Assembly: GCA_038880255.1 (NCBI GenBank)
Contig: JAVZSA010000004.1
Coordinates: forward strand, 1-62,879
Length of the DNA stretch: 62,879 nt
DNA from: Thermoplasmata archaeon
GTDB taxonomy: Archaea > Thermoplasmatota > Thermoplasmata > Thermoplasmatales > ARK-15
Direction: 5' to 3'
The notes beneath the pieces are model-generated. The model worked only from the letters and a program-made list of their open reading frames with translations, did no database searches and had not been told where the DNA came from. The translations under genes were made by a program, and so were the position numbers. Shown here in pieces: positions 57,573 to 62,879 of this stretch (position 1 is its first letter; every line of letters starts with the position of its first letter).

Positions 57573-59319
57573 ACTGTTTCACACCCCTTAACGATTGAAA
57601 TTCCTTTTTAATTGATTCAACTATTGTATTCATTTTTTCAAGCTCCGACTCCTTTATTTCTTTCATTCTCGTTATATCATCCCTAACAGACATTGAAAAT
57701 ATTTGTTTTAATGTAATACCATCGGATATTGCTTTCATAGCCTCATCGTGATAAAATAAAATTATTTTTAACATCATATTTTGTTTTTTAAGTGAACAAT
57801 AGGTATCAATTTCATCAAATGCGCTCTGTTGAAGATAATCCTCCCTAATCATTTTTGCAGTATCTAGAATTATTCTTTCCCTGTCTGGTAAAGCATCAGG
57901 ACCTACTAGTTGAACTATTTCTTGAAGTTCTTCCTCTTGCTGAAGAAGAGACATTGCCCTATCCCTATATATATTCCAATCCTGGCTAACATTTTTTGTA
58001 AACCATTCTCCAACTGTAGAATGGTATTGAGAATAACTAGTTAACCAATTAACTGAAGGGAAATGTCTTCTATTGGCCAATGATGCATCCAGAGCCCAAA
58101 ATACTTTTGTCAATCTCAAAGTCCCCTGTGAAACAGGCTCGCTTGTATCACCACCTGGCGGTGATACTGCTCCAACTACAGTTACTGATCCTTGTGTACC
58201 ATTAATGTTTATTACTCTACCAGCTCTTTCATAGAATTCTGCCAATCTTCTGCTTAAATATGCAGGATAACCCTCTTCTCCTGGCATTTCCTCTAATCTT
58301 CCAGAGATTTCTCTCATTGCCTCTGCCCATCTACTTGTACTATCAGCCATTAAGGATACATCATATCCCATATCCCTATAAAATTCAGCTATTGTTATTG
58401 CAGTATATACACTAGCTTCCCTTGCAGCTACAGGCATATTACTTGTATTTGCAATCAATACTGTTCTGTCCATTAAAGGACCTCCAGTCCTAGGATCTAT
58501 AAGTTCTGGGAATGTAACTAGCACTTCTGTCATTTCATTTCCTCTTTCACCACATCCTACATATACAACAATATCGGTATCAGACCATTTTGCGAGCTGG
58601 TGCTGAATTACAGTTTTACCACTCCCAAAAGGTCCTATTACACAAGCGGTCCCACCCTTTGCAACAGTAAAAAATGTATCTATTACTCTTTGACCAGTGA
58701 TCAATGGTACATGAGGAGGTAGCTTTTCTTTAAAAGGTCTAGGAAATCTTACAGTAGACTTTTGAGTAAGTGTAAAACTTAATGTTTTTCCATTTGATTC
58801 GATGGAATATACATTATCTCTTATTGTAAATTTTCCTTCTTCAATTTCAGAAATTTTACCTTGAATACCATATGGTACCATTATTTTTGTTTTAATTGTT
58901 TTTGATTCCTGGACATATCCTACAAAACTTCCTGAATTAACAATATCCCCCTTTTTAACGGTGGGTATGAATTCCCACTGTTTTTTATCATCTATAGGGA
59001 ATGCTGTTATTCCTCTTTTTATAAAATCTCCACTTTTTTCTTTAAGAATTGGGAGTGGCCTTTGGATTCCATCATAGATATTACCGAGCAAGCCAGGGCC
59101 AAGTTCAACTGAAAGTGGATTTCCAGTATTTCTCACTATTTCACCTGGTTTTAATCCACTTGTATCTTCATATACTTGTATAGTAGACGTATTTCCTGAG
59201 ATTTTAATTATTTCACCAACTAATCCTTCTTCACCCACCAAAACAACATCGTACATTTTAGCGTTTTCAACATCTTTTGACAGAACTACAGGACCTGAAA
59301 CTCTGTAAATTACTCCCAT
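57565..59319 (-). CDS. atpA: A1A0 ATP synthase subunit A (no intein)
   Basis: [43 protein letters not shown]. Confidence 0.98.
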   Translation of the reverse strand: MGVIYRVSGPVVLSKDVENAKMYDVVLVGEEGLVGEIIKISGNTSTIQVYEDTSGLKPGEIVRNTGNPLSVELGPGLLGNIYDGIQRPLPILKEKSGDFIKRGITAFPIDDKKQWEFIPTVKKGDIVNSGSFVGYVQESKTIKTKIMVPYGIQGKISEIEEGKFTIRDNVYSIESNGKTLSFTLTQKSTVRFPRPFKEKLPPHVPLITGQRVIDTFFTVAKGGTACVIGPFGSGKTVIQHQLAKWSDTDIVVYVGCGERGNEMTEVLVTFPELIDPRTGGPLMDRTVLIANTSNMPVAAREASVYTAITIAEFYRDMGYDVSLMADSTSRWAEAMREISGRLEEMPGEEGYPAYLSRRLAEFYERAGRVININGTQGSVTVVGAVSPPGGDTSEPVSQGTLRLTKVFWALDASLANRRHFPSVNWLTSYSQYHSTVGEWFTKNVSQDWNIYRDRAMSLLQQEEELQEIVQLVGPDALPDRERIILDTAKMIREDYLQQSAFDEIDTYCSLKKQNMMLKIILFYHDEAMKAISDGITLKQIFSMSVRDDITRMKEIKESELEKMNTIVESIKKEFQSLRGVKQYA

Positions 59320-59325
59320 TATATT

Positions 59326-59652
59326 TTACACCTCCATATCTATCCCTAATACACGTTTAATATATTCTCTTAATACCTCTTCCTCAGATTTTTTTACACT
59401 AACTGACGATGGCACAAAAACTACTAAAGGTTTTATTGTTGATTCTACTTTTTCAATTTCTTGCGTATTCATTAAATCCCTAATAGTATCTGACACTATA
59501 ATTATTCCTACATCATCCCTTTTTAGCAAGGACATTAATCTATTTTTACCCTCTTCACCTATTTCTTCATAACATTCTGTACAACCAATCAATCTATAAC
59601 CTAAAACAAGGGATCTCTCACCTAAAACCACAATTTTAGAGATATTTTCCAT
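59326..59652 (-). CDS. atpF: A1A0 ATP synthase subunit F
   Basis: VLGER..VLGYRLIG, DVGIII, IKRVLGID. Confidence 0.93.
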   Translation of the reverse strand: MENISKIVVLGERSLVLGYRLIGCTECYEEIGEEGKNRLMSLLKRDDVGIIIVSDTIRDLMNTQEIEKVESTIKPLVVFVPSSVSVKKSEEEVLREYIKRVLGIDMEV

Positions 59653-60726
59653 TTATACCACCTTTATTAACATTGATCTAATTCTTTCTTGAGAGAGACC
59701 AAAATATTTTCCATATGAAATTTTTCTAATGTTTTCTCTTTCAGTTTCGAACATTAAAAGCATTCCAATTATAGAAGATAATCCTGGAGAAGCAATTCTA
59801 AATGATGATATATTCCTTTCAAAAATATATCTTTCAAGCTCTATTTCAAAATCCTTTATATCATGATTTAAATGGTAATTATTAAGAGCTTTTGAAAGAT
59901 CATAAACATCTTTTATTTTTTCTACAAGTTCATCTATATTTGAAGATTGAAGCATTTCATCCATTTTGTTTTTTTGAATATTCCCTCCTTCTATTATATA
60001 ATTTCTCAAATCTAACGTGGGAATTCCAAGTTCAAATCCCCTAATTAAAGTCATTATATTCTTTACATCAATTTGACTCGAAATCAAATGTATAACAGGC
60101 ATCTCATTTCCAATGTATATTTTTACTTTTTCTTTTAAATTCTTAAAATAAAAAAGATCCAATAAAAGTAACATTTCTCCAATATCTCCATTTTTTCTAT
60201 AAGAATCAAGCCCTTCCATTAAAATTTTACCATATGGAAATTTTAATAAATATTTTACAATCGATTCTATATCGTTTTCTTCAATCATCAACCTATAATC
60301 TTCAGGTTTAAGTATTCCAGCAAACAGACCAGCTGGCAAATCCCTTTCACTTATTAAAAATATTTCAGTTTCTTTGATAGGTCTACCTAATGCCTTGGAG
60401 GATATTATTATTTTGATATTATTTATATCCCATTTTGATATATATGCTCTGAGAGAATCTATACCAATTCTTGGGGTTATACTTAATGCTATTTTTGATA
60501 GATTTATTATGGAAGAATTTGTAGATACTTCAATTAAATCTGTACCTGAATATTTTGTTGAAAAAAATGAAATTAAGTCTTTGTATCGTGTTTCAAGAAG
60601 TATATTTATAATCTGTTGGACATTTTGAGCATTCAACATATTTTCATAAATTTCTGAATTTAAAAGATTGTTTTCAAGGGCTTTACACCTAGCATAGGCA
60701 TAAGCATATGAAATTAAACCTTGCAA
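59653..60726 (-). CDS. atpC: A1A0 ATP synthase subunit C
   Basis: YAYAYAR, WDINNIK, ID..NI..L.RG, E.ENIR; operon position. Confidence 0.92.
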   Translation of the reverse strand: MQGLISYAYAYARCKALENNLLNSEIYENMLNAQNVQQIINILLETRYKDLISFFSTKYSGTDLIEVSTNSSIINLSKIALSITPRIGIDSLRAYISKWDINNIKIIISSKALGRPIKETEIFLISERDLPAGLFAGILKPEDYRLMIEENDIESIVKYLLKFPYGKILMEGLDSYRKNGDIGEMLLLLDLFYFKNLKEKVKIYIGNEMPVIHLISSQIDVKNIMTLIRGFELGIPTLDLRNYIIEGGNIQKNKMDEMLQSSNIDELVEKIKDVYDLSKALNNYHLNHDIKDFEIELERYIFERNISSFRIASPGLSSIIGMLLMFETERENIRKISYGKYFGLSQERIRSMLIKVV

Positions 60727-60727
60727 T

Positions 60728-61297
60728 TTAAATTTCCCCCTTCATCCTTTCATATATTTCTTGTTTTATTTCAAGGTACTTCTCTTCAATTAATGTAGAA
60801 ATAGAATAATCTGCCCTTTTCTTGCCATCAATTGATTCTAGAATAACACCTCCCAATGAATCCAGATGATTTGAAAATTCAACATTTTTTTCATTTTTTA
60901 CTAGATCCTTATCCAAAAATGATATTATTATTTTTACGTCCCCACCAATTTCCTTTTTTCCCTTTTCAATAGAGTTAACAATGTAATTTTTGTAATTTTC
61001 ACTGTTTCTAAATTTTTTAATTATATTTTTTAAGCTTTCAACATACATATCTAAAATGTTATTTAGTTCTCTGATGTATTTCATTCTCATTTCCATGTTG
61101 ATTGTGGAAATTCTTCTTTTCTTTTCATTTTCTAAGTATTTTCTAAAAGATTCTTTACCCTCTTCAATAATCTTTTTTGATTTTTCCTGAGATTCATTGA
61201 TTATTTTTGATACTTTTTCTTCAGTCTCCTTTCTAATTTCCTCCACCTGTAATTTTCCCTTCTCTTCTATTTCCTTTAATATGTCTTCTATTGGCAT
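60728..61297 (-). CDS. atpE: A1A0 ATP synthase subunit E
   Basis: N-terminal coiled coil, GGVILES.DG...D; operon position. Confidence 0.9.
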   Translation of the reverse strand: MPIEDILKEIEEKGKLQVEEIRKETEEKVSKIINESQEKSKKIIEEGKESFRKYLENEKKRRISTINMEMRMKYIRELNNILDMYVESLKNIIKKFRNSENYKNYIVNSIEKGKKEIGGDVKIIISFLDKDLVKNEKNVEFSNHLDSLGGVILESIDGKKRADYSISTLIEEKYLEIKQEIYERMKGEI

Positions 61298-61301
61298 TGT
61301 T

Positions 61302-61529
61302 TCAACCTAAAATGTGCATAAGTATAATTAATCCAAAAACGAATCCGAATATGAATAGGGTTTCTGGAATCACTAGAAAGAATAGTACCTGCCCCATTTT
61401 TTCTGGTTTTTCAGCCACCACACCCATACCTGCAGCACCTATCCCTTGTTGCGCTAAGCCTGTTCCTATTAAACCACCCGCCATTGATATGGCGGCAGCT
61501 AAAGCATATATGGCAGTAGTTATATCCAT
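61302..61529 (-). CDS. atpK: A1A0 ATP synthase proteolipid subunit K (c), single hairpin
   Basis: Two TM helices, IGAAG.G..AEKPE, IPET carboxylate; GGAGGT SD at 61536-61541. Confidence 0.95.
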   Translation of the reverse strand: MDITTAIYALAAAISMAGGLIGTGLAQQGIGAAGMGVVAEKPEKMGQVLFFLVIPETLFIFGFVFGLIILMHILG

Positions 61530-61635
61530 AAACTAACCTCCTGTGCTTGAAATTGCTTTAATTAATATAAATGTTATTATGTCCTTTTTATTGAGTTATA
61601 GAAATTTTTAAAAGGATAATGTTTTAACGTTATTT

Positions 61636-62256
61636 GTGTTAAATAAATACGTCAATTTGGAATTAAATGGAAAAAAATATATTATTTATGGCACTGTTAG
61701 AGGACTTTTAGATGAAGAAAATGATATGGAAAAATTATATAAAGAATTTGCACCTGATTTAATACTTGTTGGTATCCCAGATAGTGAGTTGAATGGCCTT
61801 TTTGAATACTTAAAAGAACCATTTATGGTTGATCTATCCGACTATGAAATCATCTATGGTATAAAACTTCAAAAATTTGGTAAAGTAAAATTACCTGTTC
61901 CTTCATATCTTAAGGCTGCTGAAATATCCAGGAGAGAAAATATTAAGATAATACCAATAGATATTCCTGAAAATGATTTTTCACAGCTCTACACTAAAAA
62001 AATAAGTACATTTATGCTAATCAGGCATTCCTTGAGGAAAAAAAGACTTTATAAAAAAAGATTTAAAGCTTCAACACCAGAGGAATTTTCAATTTTATGG
62101 GATAAAGAAATAACAAAAATTTCTGGTTTTAAAGAATTAGAAAATGAAAGAGAGAAATATATGGCTAAAAAAATTAAAGAGAATATTATTGGAAAAAAAA
62201 TTCTAGTGGTTGTGGATTATGAAAGAATGGAAGGAATAATTTCTTATTTAATATAA
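61636..62256 (+). CDS. Hypothetical protein, possibly a degenerate TraB/PrgY/GumN fold
   Basis: IIYGTV, PDLILVG, IIPID, EREKYMA..I and ILVVVDYERMEGI parallel the TraB-family layout. Confidence 0.6.
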   Translation: MLNKYVNLELNGKKYIIYGTVRGLLDEENDMEKLYKEFAPDLILVGIPDSELNGLFEYLKEPFMVDLSDYEIIYGIKLQKFGKVKLPVPSYLKAAEISRRENIKIIPIDIPENDFSQLYTKKISTFMLIRHSLRKKRLYKKRFKASTPEEFSILWDKEITKISGFKELENEREKYMAKKIKENIIGKKILVVVDYERMEGIISYLI

Positions 62257-62288
62257 TCTTCTTATATATCATTCAAATTTATGTATCA

Positions 62289-62879
62289 ATGATAAAATTA
62301 TTTAAAAATATTATAGGAATAATAATTTCAATTGTAACTGGTATCATAATTTTTTATGTTTTATTATTCTTAATATCGAAGAATATCCTACCAGACTACC
62401 TCAAAGAGATAATCATTCTTGTAATTTTACTAGCTGTTACTTATCTTGTTAGCAGATTTCTGGGCTCAATAATTTTTTATACGATGGTAAGATATGGTGA
62501 GCCAAATGCAAAACATATAAAATCTGCATTTGAAATAATCTTTTTCCTCTTAGTTTTCTTTATAATATTTCTTAGTTTTGGTAATAATATAACTGCCGGA
62601 CTTGTTAGTGCAGGATTAATTGGTATAATTCTTGGTGTTGCGGCTCAGTCAACTTTATCCAATTTTTTTGCTGGTCTTTATATATTGATTTCAAGACCCT
62701 TTGAGGTGGGACAAAGGATAAATATAGTAATCTCTCAATATCCTGGATATGGTCCAACATATCCTCATGATTTTTTACCGCCAAAATATGTGGGAGTGGT
62801 GGATGAAATAGGATTTCTTTATACAAGAATAATAAACGATGAAAACCATATTTTGACAGTCCCAAATAGCATATTTCTC
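62289..62879 (+). CDS. mscS: Mechanosensitive channel MscS family (truncated by the window end)
   Basis: Open frame from ATG 62289 to the edge (not in the ORF track): TM helices, GIILGVAAQSTLSNFFAGLYILISRPFEVGQRI, GVVDEIGFLYTRI, VPNS. Confidence 0.93.
   Translation, partial: MIKLFKNIIGIIISIVTGIIIFYVLLFLISKNILPDYLKEIIILVILLAVTYLVSRFLGSIIFYTMVRYGEPNAKHIKSAFEIIFFLLVFFIIFLSFGNNITAGLVSAGLIGIILGVAAQSTLSNFFAGLYILISRPFEVGQRINIVISQYPGYGPTYPHDFLPPKYVGVVDEIGFLYTRIINDENHILTVPNSIFL

Noticed and set aside
57565-59319. VMA-type intein in atpA, as in Thermoplasma
   Set aside because: The protein is 584 aa with an uninterrupted GSGKTV, so there is no insertion.
1869-62865. Numerous 60-200 aa opposite-strand or nested ORFs (e.g. 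5805-6374, 6468-7055, 22207-22818, 47344-47835, 61291-61536, 62605-62865)
   Set aside because: They are shadows of well-supported genes, S/I/F-rich and without motifs.
1-62879. CRISPR arrays, rRNA, RNase P/SRP RNA, provirus or integrase
   Set aside because: No regularly spaced repeats, no long GC-rich non-coding islands other than the two tRNAs, and no viral or integrase motifs were seen.

Overview
A gene-dense, very AT-rich (about 28-30% GC by eye) archaeal chromosome segment, most likely from Thermoplasmatota. This assignment rests on GGTGA/GGAGG Shine-Dalgarno sites, TATA/BRE promoters, archaeal rps15, rpoL, NOB1, archease, RaSEA and GGGP/DGGGP synthases, a helicase-only Hef, and an A-type ATP synthase operon ordered K-E-C-F-A-B-D-H-I. 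Content is mostly housekeeping: a lactate/glycolate oxidation cluster, translation and tRNA-modification genes, smc-scpA, a hydantoinase/oxoprolinase pair, ether-lipid and pyrimidine genes, a DtxR-NRAMP-VIT1 metal homeostasis locus, and two tRNAs (Arg-CCT, Cys-GCA). The most striking unannotated feature is a pair of related non-autonomous IS200/IS605 mini-elements (24212-24614 and 52832-53194). Each has a left-end hairpin, a decayed tnpA 5' fragment fused to a decayed tnpB 3' fragment, and an omegaRNA-like right end. Each sits directly after a TTTA(A/G) motif that contains a host stop codon, between two convergent genes. Other points of interest are an orphan VirD4/HerA-type ATPase coupled to the ether-lipid operon, truA reading antisense into tRNA-Cys, palindromic operators upstream of smc and the DtxR-like regulator, and a translationally coupled AT-rich ORFan. 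No CRISPR array, rRNA, integrase or provirus was seen. All calls come from motif recognition by eye; no database searches were run.
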